Assembly: GCF_046119375.1 (NCBI RefSeq)
Contig: NW_027362762.1
Span: 194,742,001 to 194,806,000, forward strand
Length of the DNA: 64,000 nt
Reading direction: 5' to 3'
Source of the DNA: Phyllobates terribilis
Lineage: Eukaryota
Positions 1 through 9,320 of the stretch are shown here, piece by piece. The notes beneath the pieces are model-generated. The model saw nothing but the letters and a program-made list of their open reading frames with translations. It did not search any database and was not told the origin of the DNA. Made by a program: the position numbers and the translations under genes. Every line of letters begins with the position of its first letter. The stretch's first letter is position 1.

Positions 1-2
1 AT

Positions 3-2978
3 TTGGTAGTGTTGAATAACTTGCCTTCTCCAGTAATATTGGGTTTGCCCTGGTTAAAATTTCACAATCCTGTACTGGATTGGTCTACCAGTGAAATTAA
101 ATCCTGGAGCCATAAATGTTATGACAAGTGTTGTAACGGGCGTATTGCAGCTTTGGATAGGGGAGAATTGCCTGTTCCTATTCAGGATTTTTGGAGAGTT
201 TTTTCTGAGAAGGAATCGCAGGTTTTGCCTCCCCATAGAGACTATGATTGTTCTATTGAATTTGTCCCTGGAGCGACTCTTCCTAAGAGTCGTTTATTTA
301 ACCTTACTATTCCTGAGAGGAAGGCTTTGGAGGAATACATACAGACAAGCTTGGCCGCCGGTCACATTAGGCCCTCTAAGTCTCCTGTGGCGGTTGGATT
401 TTTTTTTGTAAAAAAAAAGGACGGCGGTTTACGTCCTTGTCTGGATTTTCGTGAGATTAACAAAATTACGGTACGCAATCCTTACCCACTGCCATTGATT
501 CCTGATCTGTTTAACCAGTTATTGGGGGCCAAGTGGTTCTCTAAAATTGACCTTAAGGGGGCATACAATCTGTTGCGCATGAAGGAGGGTGATGAATGGA
601 AGACTGCTTTTAACACTCCTGTGGGTCATTTTGAGAATCTGGTTATGCCTTTTGGTCTTACTAATGCTCCTGCATTTTTTCAGAATCTGATTAATGACAT
701 CCTTAGACCTTTGATCGGTAAAAATGTGGTTGTGTATTTGGATGACATTTTGATTTATTCGCCAGATCTGGAGTCTCATTGGCGGAGCGTGCGTGAGGTA
801 TTACAGTTATTAATGGACAATTCGCTTTTTGCTAAGCTGGAGAAATGTGAGTTCGCTGTACAGAGAATTAGTTTTTTGGGCTACATTATCTCCAGCAAAG
901 GTTTTGAGATGGATCCGGTTAAGGTTCAGGCTGTGCAGGAATGGCCTAGGCCTATTGGTTTGAAATCGATACAGAGGTTTTTGGGTTTCGCCAATTACTA
1001 TAGAAAGTTCATAAAAAAATTTTCTAGTATTGTCAAACCTCTGACTGATCTCACCAGGAAAGGTGCTGATGCGGTTCAGTGGTCTCCTGAGGCCATTGAA
1101 GCTTTTGTGAATCTCAAGGAGAGGTTCACCTCTGCTCCCATCCTTATGCAGCCTGATGTTACTAGGCCGTTTTTGGTTGAGGTTGATGCTTCCTCTGTGG
1201 GGGTTGGCGCAGTATTGTCTCAGGATAACGGGGATGGATTACATCTCTGTGCCTTTTTTTCAAAAAAATTTTCGGAGACTGAATTGAATTACGATATTGG
1301 TAATCGGGAATTATTGGCTATTAAACTCGCATTTGAACACTGGCGCCACTTCTTGGAAGGTGCGGAATTTCCCGTTCAGGTTCTTACGGATCATAAAAAT
1401 CTGATATATCTTGATGCTGCCAAGCGCCTGAATGCCCGTCAGGCTAGGTGGGCACTGTTTTTCTCGCGGTTTAATTTCTCCGTTACTTACATCCCTGGTA
1501 CTAAGAATGTTAAGGCGGATGCCTTGTCTCGCAGTTTTTCTCCCATAGTCGGTGCTGAGAAAGAGGAAAACATTTTACAAGAAGGTGTTGTGATAGCTGC
1601 TTTAGACTCCGTTTTGGAAGATGAGATTCTTAAAGCTCAGGAGAATGCCCCATCTAACACTCCTCATGGGAGGTTGTTTGTGCCTGAGACCTTTAGGAGA
1701 GATTTGTTTGTTGAGTGTCACGAATCTCGGTTGGCAGGTCATCCTGGAATCTCTGAGACCAAGAGACTGGTGGGTCGCAGTTTTTGGTGGCCTGGATGGC
1801 AGAAGGAAGTCATTAAGTGGGTGCGCCAATGTACTATATGTGCTAGATCTAAGTCCTCACATACTCCTGCTGCGGGGTTGCTTTGTCCTTTGGAGGTCCC
1901 CAGTGCTCCTTGGACACATTTGGCTATGGACTTTATAACTGACCTTCCCCCCTCTGAGGGTTTTACTGTCATCTGGGTGGTCGTGGACCGTTTTAGCAAG
2001 ATGTGTCACTTGGTTCCCTTCGTCAAACTGCCCTGCGCTAAAACTCTCGCTAAGGCCTTTGTCAAGGAAATTGTCAGACTTCATGGCGTTCCTACTGACA
2101 TTGTTTCTGATAGGGGTCCTCAGTTCGTGGCTCGTTTTTGGCGTGCCTTTTGTGACAGGTTGGGAATTCATTTGTCGTTTTCGTCCGGATATCATCCTGA
2201 ATCTAATGGCCAGACAGAAAGGAAAAACCAGGATGTTGAGCAGTTCTTGCGTTGTTTTGTGGCAGACAATCAAGAGGGGTGGTCTGAGTTTCTGCCACTT
2301 GCCGAATTTGCTCTGAACAATCATACATCTTCTTCTGCTGGTTGTTCGCCTTTTTTTTGTTGTTCTGGGAGACATCCGTCGTTTGGGTCGTTCTCCAAGT
2401 TGGGATCTGCCGTGCCTGAGGAGGAGAATTTTTCCGGTGATTTGGAAAGAGTTTGGACGGATGTGCGTGGTAATCTTCAGGAGGCCAACAGAAAATCTAA
2501 AGACTACTTTGATAGGAAACGACAGGAGGTTTTGTTCGCTGTTGGTGACATGGTTTGGTTGTCCTCTAGGAATCTGCGGTTGAGGATTCCTTCTAAGAAA
2601 TTGGGTCCCAAGTTTGTAGGGCCCTTTAAGGTGCTTCAGGTTGTCAACCAATCTGCTGTTAGGTTGGAGGTTCCTACCTCCTGGAGAATTAATCCGGTCT
2701 TTCATGTCTCTCTGTTAAAAAAAGCTGTTGTGTCGGATGGTGACGCCTCTGCCTCTGTTCCTCCGGTGGTGGAGGACGGGGAATATGAAATTTCTCGCAT
2801 CCTTGACTCTAGACGGTATAGAGGTAATTTGCAGTATCTTGTGGCCTGGAAAGGTTTCGGACCCGAGGATAACTCTTGGGTGAGGTCAGATGATGTTTCC
2901 GCGTCCAGACTTATCAGAGCGTTTCACAGGAGATTTCCTGATAAGCCTGGTCCTAGGGGATCCGGAGGATCCTCTTAG
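3..2978 (+). CDS. pol: Gypsy Pol polyprotein, N-terminally cut by the window edge: protease C-terminus, RT, RNase H, integrase, chromodomain
   Basis: 991 uninterrupted codons. Motifs: LGLPWL (protease end), MPFGLTNAP and VYLDDILI (RT), DAS..GVGAVL and YTDH-like VLTDHKNL (RNase H), HES..GHPG..CTIC (integrase zinc finger), MDFITDLP/SDRGPQF/NGQTERKNQ (D,D-35-E), KLGPKFVGPF (GPY/F), EYEISRILDS..YLVAWKGFGPEDNSW (chromodomain). Confidence 0.95.
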   Translation: MVVLNNLPSPVILGLPWLKFHNPVLDWSTSEIKSWSHKCYDKCCNGRIAALDRGELPVPIQDFWRVFSEKESQVLPPHRDYDCSIEFVPGATLPKSRLFNLTIPERKALEEYIQTSLAAGHIRPSKSPVAVGFFFVKKKDGGLRPCLDFREINKITVRNPYPLPLIPDLFNQLLGAKWFSKIDLKGAYNLLRMKEGDEWKTAFNTPVGHFENLVMPFGLTNAPAFFQNLINDILRPLIGKNVVVYLDDILIYSPDLESHWRSVREVLQLLMDNSLFAKLEKCEFAVQRISFLGYIISSKGFEMDPVKVQAVQEWPRPIGLKSIQRFLGFANYYRKFIKKFSSIVKPLTDLTRKGADAVQWSPEAIEAFVNLKERFTSAPILMQPDVTRPFLVEVDASSVGVGAVLSQDNGDGLHLCAFFSKKFSETELNYDIGNRELLAIKLAFEHWRHFLEGAEFPVQVLTDHKNLIYLDAAKRLNARQARWALFFSRFNFSVTYIPGTKNVKADALSRSFSPIVGAEKEENILQEGVVIAALDSVLEDEILKAQENAPSNTPHGRLFVPETFRRDLFVECHESRLAGHPGISETKRLVGRSFWWPGWQKEVIKWVRQCTICARSKSSHTPAAGLLCPLEVPSAPWTHLAMDFITDLPPSEGFTVIWVVVDRFSKMCHLVPFVKLPCAKTLAKAFVKEIVRLHGVPTDIVSDRGPQFVARFWRAFCDRLGIHLSFSSGYHPESNGQTERKNQDVEQFLRCFVADNQEGWSEFLPLAEFALNNHTSSSAGCSPFFCCSGRHPSFGSFSKLGSAVPEEENFSGDLERVWTDVRGNLQEANRKSKDYFDRKRQEVLFAVGDMVWLSSRNLRLRIPSKKLGPKFVGPFKVLQVVNQSAVRLEVPTSWRINPVFHVSLLKKAVVSDGDASASVPPVVEDGEYEISRILDSRRYRGNLQYLVAWKGFGPEDNSWVRSDDVSASRLIRAFHRRFPDKPGPRGSGGSS

Positions 2979-2990
2979 AAGGGGGGGTAC

Positions 2991-3413
2991 TGTTAGAACC
3001 TTGCTGTTAGGTTTTTTTTTCCTTTGCTGGTCACATGACCTTGTTGGCCTATTTAGTCCTGCTCCGCCCTTCTGGCTTTGCTGGACTTCATTGTATATCT
3101 ACTTTCTAGCTAGCCTGTGCTCTGTATCTAACTCTGTTAGTTTGCTTGGTCTACGGACCTCTATGTTCTATCTATTTTGTTTGTTCGTCTGTCTGCTACT
3201 ATTTCTGTTAGGAGGTGTCCCATATTCCTCCCAGTCCTTAGTACTTGTAGGGATTCCCTCCCCACATCTATAGGTCTTCGTACAGACTAGATTAGGACTT
3301 TAGCAGGTCTGATCGCAGGATCAGGTTCCCTGTTACATCGTAGGGATTCAGCTGAGTCTCATAGTAGGGACAGATCTCCTCTCTTTCCTTAGCTTTGGTA
3401 GCAGAACATAACA
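2991..3413 (+). repeat. 3' LTR of Gypsy copy 1 (423 bp)
   Basis: Starts TGTTAG directly after the PPT plus TAC, ends CATAACA; homologous to 5908-6327. Confidence 0.9.
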
Positions 3414-5895
3414 GATTGTACTATTGAATTTGTCCCTGGAGCGACTCTTCCTAAAAGTCGTTTATTTAACCTTACTATTCCTGAGAGAAAGGCTTTGGAG
3501 GAATACATACAGACAAGTTTGGCCGCCGATCACATTAGGCCCTCTAAGTCTCCTGTGGCGGTTGGATTTTTTTTTGTAAAAAAAAAGGACGGCGGTTTAC
3601 GTCCTTGTCTGGATTTTCGTGAGATTAACAAAATTACTGTACGCAATCCTTACCCACTGCCATTGATTCCTGATCTGTTTAACCAGTTAGTGGGGGCCAA
3701 GTGGTTCTCTAAAATTGACCTTCGGGGGGCATACAATCTGTTGCGCATGAAGGAGGGTGACGAATGGAAGACTGCTTTTAACACTCCTGTGGGTCATTTT
3801 GAGAATTTGGTTATGCCTTTTGGTCTTACTAATGCTCCTGCATTTTTTCAGAATCTTATTAATGACATCCTTAGACCTTTGATCGGCAAAAATGTGGTTG
3901 TGTATTTGGATGACATTTTGATTTATTCGCCGGATCTGGAATCTCATTGGTGGAGCGTACGTGAAGTATTACAGTTATTAATTGACAATTCGCTTTTTGC
4001 TAAGCTGGAGAAATGTGAGTTCGCTGTACAGAGAATTAGTTTTTTGGGCTACATTATCTCCAGCGAAGGTTTTGAGATGGACCCGGTGAAAGTTCAAGCT
4101 GTGCAGGAATGGCCTAGGCCTATTGGTTTGAAATCGATACAGAGGTTTTTGGGTTTCGCCAATTATTATAGAAAATTCATTAAAAATTTTTCTATTATTG
4201 TCAAACCTCTGACCGATCTCACCAGGAAAGGTGCTGATGCGGTTCAGTGGACTGCTGAGGCCATTGAAGCTTTTGTGTATCTCAAGGAGAGGTTCACCTC
4301 TGCTCCCATCCTTATACAGCCTGATGTGACTAAGCCATTTTTGGTTGAGGTTGATGCTTCCTCTGTGGGGGTTGGCGCAGTATTGTCTCAGGATAACGGG
4401 GATGGAGTACATCCCTGTGCCTTTTTTTCAAAAAATTTTTCGGAGACTGAACTGAATTACGATATTGGTAATCGGGAATTATTGGCTATTAAACTCGCAT
4501 TTGAACACTGGCGCCAACTCTTGGAAGGTGCTGAATTTCCCGTTCAGGTTTTTGCAGATCATAAAAATCTGATATATCTTGATGCTGCCAAGCGCCTGAA
4601 TGCCTGTCAGGCTAGGTGGGCACTGTTTTTCTCGCGGTTTAATTTTTCCGTTACTTACATCCCAGGTACTAAGAATGTTAAGGCGGATGCCTTGTCTCGC
4701 AGCTTTTCTCCCATAGTCGGTGCTGAGAAAGAGGAGAACATTTTACAAGAAGGTGTGTGCTAGATCCAAGTCTTCGCATGCTCCTGCTGCGGGGTTGCTT
4801 TGCCCTCTGGAGGTTCCTAGTGCTCCTTGGACACATTTGGCTATGGATTTTATAACTGACCTTCCCTCCTCTGAGGGTTTCACTGTCATCTGGGTGGTCG
4901 TGGACCATTTTAGCAAGATGTGTCACTTGGTTCCCTTCGTCAAACTGCCCTGCGCTAAGACTCTCGCTAAGGCCTTTGTCAAGGAAATTGTCAGACTTCA
5001 TGGCGTTCCTACTGACATTGTTTCTGATAGGGGACCTCAGTTCGTGGCTCGTTTTTGGCGCGCTTTTTGTGACAGGTTGGGAGTTCATTTGTCGTTCTCA
5101 TCCGGATATCATCCTGAATCTAATGGCCAGACAGAAAGGAAAAACCAGGATGTTGAGCAGTTCTTGCGTTGTTTTGTGGCAGACAATCAAGAGGGGTGGT
5201 CTGAGTTTCTGCCACTTGCTGAATTTGCTCTGAACAATCATACATCTTCTTCTGCTGGTTGTTCGCCTTTTTTTTGTTGTTCTGGGAGACATCCGTCGTT
5301 TGGGTCATTCTCCAAGTTGATATCTGCCGTGCCTGAGGAGGAGAATTTTTCCGGTGATTTGGAGAGAGTTTGGACGGATGTGCGTGGTAATCTTCAGGAG
5401 GCTAACAGAAAATCTAAAGACTACTTTGATAGGAAACGACAGGAGGTTTTGTTCGCTGTTGGTGACATAGTTTGGTTGTCCTCTAGGAATCTGCGGTTGA
5501 GGATTCCTTCTAAGAAATTGGGTCCCAAGTTTGTAGGGCCCTTTAAGGTGCTTCAGGTTGTCAACCAATCTGCTGTTAGGTTGGAGGTTCCTACCTCCTG
5601 GAGAATTAATCCGGTGTTTCATGTCTCTCTGTTGAAAAAAGCTGTTGTGTCGGATTGTGACGCCTCTGCCTCTGTTCCTCCGGTGGTGGAGGACGGGGAA
5701 TATGAAATTTCTCGCATCCTTAATTCTAGACGGTATAGAGGTAGTTTGCAGTATCTCGTGGCCTGGAAAGGTTTCGGACCCGAGGATAACTCATGGGTGA
5801 GGTCGGATGATGTTTCCGCGTCCAGACTTATCAGAGCGTTTCACAGGAGATTTCCTGATAAGCCTGGTCCTAGGGGATCCGGAGGATCCTCTTAG
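3414..5895 (+). pseudogene. pol: pol pseudogene of Gypsy copy 2, frameshifted by a 251-bp deletion that removes most of the integrase zinc finger
   Basis: ORFs 3495..4763 (RT/RNase H) and 4720..5895 (integrase core/chromodomain) match copy 1. The junction GAAGGTGT|GTGCTAG at 4756/4757 joins copy-1 positions 1588 and 1840. Confidence 0.9.
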
Positions 5896-5907
5896 AAGGG
5901 GGGGTAC

Positions 5908-6327
5908 TGCTAGAACCTTGCTCTTAGGTTTTTTTCTATTGCTGGTCACATGACCTTGTTGGCCTATTTAGTCCTGCTCCGCCCTTCTGGCTTTGCTGGA
6001 CTTCATTGTATTACTACTCTTTAGCTAGCCTGTGCTAAGTATCTAACTCTGTTAGTTTGCTTGGTCTTCGGACCTCTGTGTTCTATATATTTTGTTTGTT
6101 CGTCTGTCTGCTACTATTTCTGTTAGGAGGTGTCCATTTTGCTCCCAGTCCCTAGTACTTGTAGGGATTCCTTCCCCACATCTATAGGTCTCCGTACAGA
6201 CTAGCTGAGGACTTTAGCAGGTCTGATCGCAGGATCAGGTTCCCTGTTACATCGTAGGGATCAAGCTGAGTTCTATCGTAGGGACAGATCTCCTCTCTTT
6301 CCTTAGCTCTGGTAGCAGAACATAACA
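5908..6327 (+). repeat. 3' LTR of Gypsy copy 2 (420 bp)
   Basis: TGCTAG...CATAACA after the PPT; clearly homologous to, but visibly diverged from, 2991-3413. Confidence 0.9.
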
Positions 6328-6778
6328 CATAGTCAGGAAGCCAGGAATCGGTACACAGGAAAGCAGTATAATCTTGAAGGGTTTAGCAGGTAGCGTAGCC
6401 AGGGAAGCCAGGAATCGGTACACAGGAAAGCATATAATCTTGAAGGGTTTAGTAAGTAGCATAGTCAGGGAAAGCCAGGAATCGGTACGCAGGAAAGCAG
6501 TATAATCTTTGTATGAAGCAGCAGGACAAGGGAGCACTTGACTAGAAGCTGGGAGCTCAATAATCTCACAAGGAGGAGGTGCCAGGCCAGGTTTAAATAG
6601 GGTGTGCAATCAGGAACTCACAGGATTAAGCCAATAAGGAGCAACACAGGGTGGAGCCGCTCAGGAACAATACAGGTACTAGAATCAAGTTTAGCCAGGA
6701 ACTGTCCAGCAAGCCGAATAGCTCAGAGGGAAGAGCTGCCGCCTGGTGTACAGGAGCTGCTGGGTTTGAGTCCTGACA
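6328..6778 (-). mobile_element. LTR of an unrelated retrotransposon family, truncated by Gypsy copy 2; contains three 66-bp tandem units
   Basis: The minus strand begins TGTCAGG at 6778 and carries a TATTTAAA box near 6600. Tandem units start at 6328, 6394 and 6460. The LTR interrupts a piggyBac transposase reading frame. Confidence 0.65.
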
Positions 6779-7190
6779 CTGGGTGTCCCTCCCTTCGTAA
6801 ACCATAAATCTGTGGTTGTACCATGAAGTATGCTCACACCGTTTGTACAGTTTTATTCCGTACCTTGTCTTCTTACTGGGCAAGTATTGTCAGAATTTTA
6901 GCCTCCCTTTGAAATGAACCAGAGATTCATCTTTACAGATGTCCTTTTGGGGTTTGTATGATTCAGCAAATTTTCGGCTGAAGTGTTCAACTACTGGCCG
7001 AATTTTATATAGAAGATCAAAGTTGTGATCGACTCAGGGAAGACACTGCGCATTATCACTATAATGCAAAATTTTTTGGAATGCTTCAAATCGTGTCATT
7101 TTTACGGCCATACGGAATACTGGTGTTCTGTAGAGTATATCAGAACTCCAGTATTGCTGAATCTCTGTTTTTTTTTCACTATGCCCATAT

Positions 7191-9108
7191 CATAGAATCA
7201 TAGAATGGTAGAGTTGGAAGGGACCTCCTGGGTCATCTGGTCCAACCCCCTGCTCAAAGCAGGATTCACTAGATCATCTCAGACAGATGTCTGTCCAGCC
7301 TCTGTTTGAAGACGTCCATTGAAGGGGAACTCGCCACCTCTCGTAGCAGCCTGTTCCACTCCTTAATCACCCTAACTGTCAAAAAGTTTTTTCTAATATC
7401 TAATCTGTGTCTCCTCCCATTTAGTTTCATCCCATTGCTTCTAGTCTTTCCTTGTGCAAATGAGAATAAAGATGATCCTTCTACAATGTAACAGCCCTTG
7501 ACATATTTGTAGACAGCTATTAAGTCTCCTCTCAGTCTTCTTTTTTGCAAGCTAAACATTCCCAAATCCTGCAACCGTTCCTCATAGGACATGGTTTGCA
7601 GACCAGTCACCATTCTGGTCGCTCTTCTCTGAACTTGCTCCAGTTTGTCTATGTCTTTTTTAAAATGTGGTGCCCAAAACTGTACACAGTATTCCAGATG
7701 AGGTCTGACCAAAGAGGAGTAAAGACCGATAATGACTTCACGTGATCTAGACTGTATGCATCTGTTAATACATCCCAGAATTGTATTTGCCTTTTTTGCT
7801 GCTGCATCACACTGTTGACTCATGTTCAGTCTATGATCTATTAGTATACCTAAGTCTTTTTCACATGTACTGTTGCTTAGCTCTATTCCTCCCATTCTGT
7901 ATATGCTTTTTTCATTTTTATTGCCCAGATGTAGTACTTTGCATTTTTCCCTGTTAAAAACCATTCTGTTGGTCGCTGCCCACTGCTCCAGTTTATTTAG
8001 GTCTTTTTGAATCCTCTCTCTATCTTTTCTAGTATTAGCTATCCCTCCTAGCTTTGTGTCATCAGCAAATTTAATCAGTTTACCCTCAATTCCTTCATCT
8101 AAATCATTGATAAAGATGTTGAACAATACAGGTCCCAGGACGGAGCCCTGTGGTACCCCACTTGAGACAGTCATCCAGCTGGATGTGAAGCCATTTACAA
8201 CCACCCTTTGAGTCCGATCACTAAGCCAGTTATGAATCCACCTAACAGTTGCCTGGTCCATTGCATACTTGGTTATTTTTTCAATAAGGATGGTGTGAGA
8301 TACTTTGTCAAATGCTTTTCTGAAGTCAAGATATACTATATCTACAGCATTTCCCTGATCCACCCAGTCAGTGATTCTGTCATAGAAGGAAATTAAGTTA
8401 GTCTGACATGACTTGTTAGTTACAAACCCATGCTGACTCTGGTTAATCACTTCATTCTTATCCATGTACTTACATACATGTTGTTTAATAATTTGTTCAA
8501 AGATCTTTCCTGGTATAGAAGTCAGACTCACCGGCCTATAGTTCCCTGGGTCCACCTTCCTCCCCTTTTTGAAGATAGGAACAACATTTGCTCTTCTCCA
8601 GTCTTCTGGGACTTCTCCTGTTCTCCAAGAATTTTCAAAGATTATGGAGAGTGGTTCTAAAATTTCTTCTACGATCTCCTTCAGTACTCTGGGGTGTAAT
8701 TCATCTGGACCTGGAGACTTGAACTCATTTATGTTAGCTAAATATTCCCTCACAATCTTTCTGTTTACAGATAACTTGGATTCCTCTATTCCTTTAAAAG
8801 GACAGTGAAGATCAGTTGATGTTACATTTTCTTTCTGAGAGAAAACAGATGCAAAATAGGAATTAAAAAGTTCGGCCTTCTCAACATCCTCTCTTACCAT
8901 TTCTCCATTTTCATCCTGTAGAAATCCTATAGCATCTTTGACTTTTCTTTTACTTTTGACATACCCCCAAAATCCTTCTTTATTGCTTTTGACATCTCTT
9001 GCAAGCCTTAATTCATTGTCAGCTTTAGCTTTCCTGATACGTGCCCTGCAGGATCTGCAGACTGCATTATAATCTTCAGTCTGCAGATCCTGCAGGGCAC
9101 GTATCAGG
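7191..9108 (-). mobile_element. 5'-truncated CR1-clade LINE with an uninterrupted RT and an (ATTCTATG)2 tail
   Basis: CATAGAAT x2 at 7191-7206 and a short 3' UTR. RT motifs GNYRPVSLTS, VDIVYLDFRKAFD, SGVPQGSVLGP, KFADDTKLGG, RPHLEYCVQFWAP, RRLRGDLI. No endonuclease domain. Confidence 0.95.
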
Positions 9109-9320
9109 TTAGCATCACAATGCCCCAAAATGTCATAATTTCTGCTGCATTTATAGAGGTCCATTTGACATATGATAATGTGGGATTTTGGGAAAAATTG
9201 ATGGGCATACAAATTTTTCTGGGCCACCATAAGATTTATTATTTCCTCGCAGAAAAAGAATTTGAAAAAGTCAATATCAGTGAGGCCTGTAGCGTCAAAT
9301 TGGATTCCTGAACTGCCCAT
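7269..9320 (-). CDS. 683-codon chimeric ORF: about 71 codons of piggyBac-derived sequence, a foldback linker and the CR1 ORF2 RT/C-terminus (expression unknown)
   Basis: From the ORF track. The N-terminal GIQFDATGLTDIDFFKFFF..NLYAHQF is piggyBac transposase; EDYNAVCRSCRARIRKAK onward is CR1 ORF2. Confidence 0.5.
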   Translation of the reverse strand: MGSSGIQFDATGLTDIDFFKFFFCEEIINLMVAQKNLYAHQFFPKSHIIICQMDLYKCSRNYDILGHCDANLIRALQDLQTEDYNAVCRSCRARIRKAKADNELRLARDVKSNKEGFWGYVKSKRKVKDAIGFLQDENGEMVREDVEKAELFNSYFASVFSQKENVTSTDLHCPFKGIEESKLSVNRKIVREYLANINEFKSPGPDELHPRVLKEIVEEILEPLSIIFENSWRTGEVPEDWRRANVVPIFKKGRKVDPGNYRPVSLTSIPGKIFEQIIKQHVCKYMDKNEVINQSQHGFVTNKSCQTNLISFYDRITDWVDQGNAVDIVYLDFRKAFDKVSHTILIEKITKYAMDQATVRWIHNWLSDRTQRVVVNGFTSSWMTVSSGVPQGSVLGPVLFNIFINDLDEGIEGKLIKFADDTKLGGIANTRKDRERIQKDLNKLEQWAATNRMVFNREKCKVLHLGNKNEKSIYRMGGIELSNSTCEKDLGILIDHRLNMSQQCDAAAKKANTILGCINRCIQSRSREVIIGLYSSLVRPHLEYCVQFWAPHFKKDIDKLEQVQRRATRMVTGLQTMSYEERLQDLGMFSLQKRRLRGDLIAVYKYVKGCYIVEGSSLFSFAQGKTRSNGMKLNGRRHRLDIRKNFLTVRVIKEWNRLLREVASSPSMDVFKQRLDRHLSEMI

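Larger units (their letters stand above)
1..3413 (+). mobile_element. Ty3/Gypsy chromovirus LTR retrotransposon, copy 1 (5' LTR and gag lie upstream of the window)
   Basis: Open pol ORF 3..2978, followed by a polypurine tract AGAAGGGGGGG (2977-2987) and an LTR bounded by TGTTA...TAACA (2991-3413). Confidence 0.95.
3414..6327 (+). mobile_element. Ty3/Gypsy chromovirus copy 2 (same family): 3' portion from within pol through the 3' LTR
   Basis: Colinear with copy 1 from its position 246 (offset 3168, then offset 2917 after a deletion). Has its own PPT and LTR at 5908-6327. Confidence 0.93.

Noticed and set aside
1857-2705. 282-aa antisense ORF within Gypsy pol (and shorter equivalents at 4678-5622)
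   Set aside because: It shadows the pol codon structure, is broken in copy 2, and has no recognisable domain.
2991-6327. Reading 2991-6327 as one complete LTR-internal-LTR element
   Set aside because: There is no PBS or gag after the first LTR, the internal part starts mid-pol, and the LTRs are much more diverged than expected for one young insertion.
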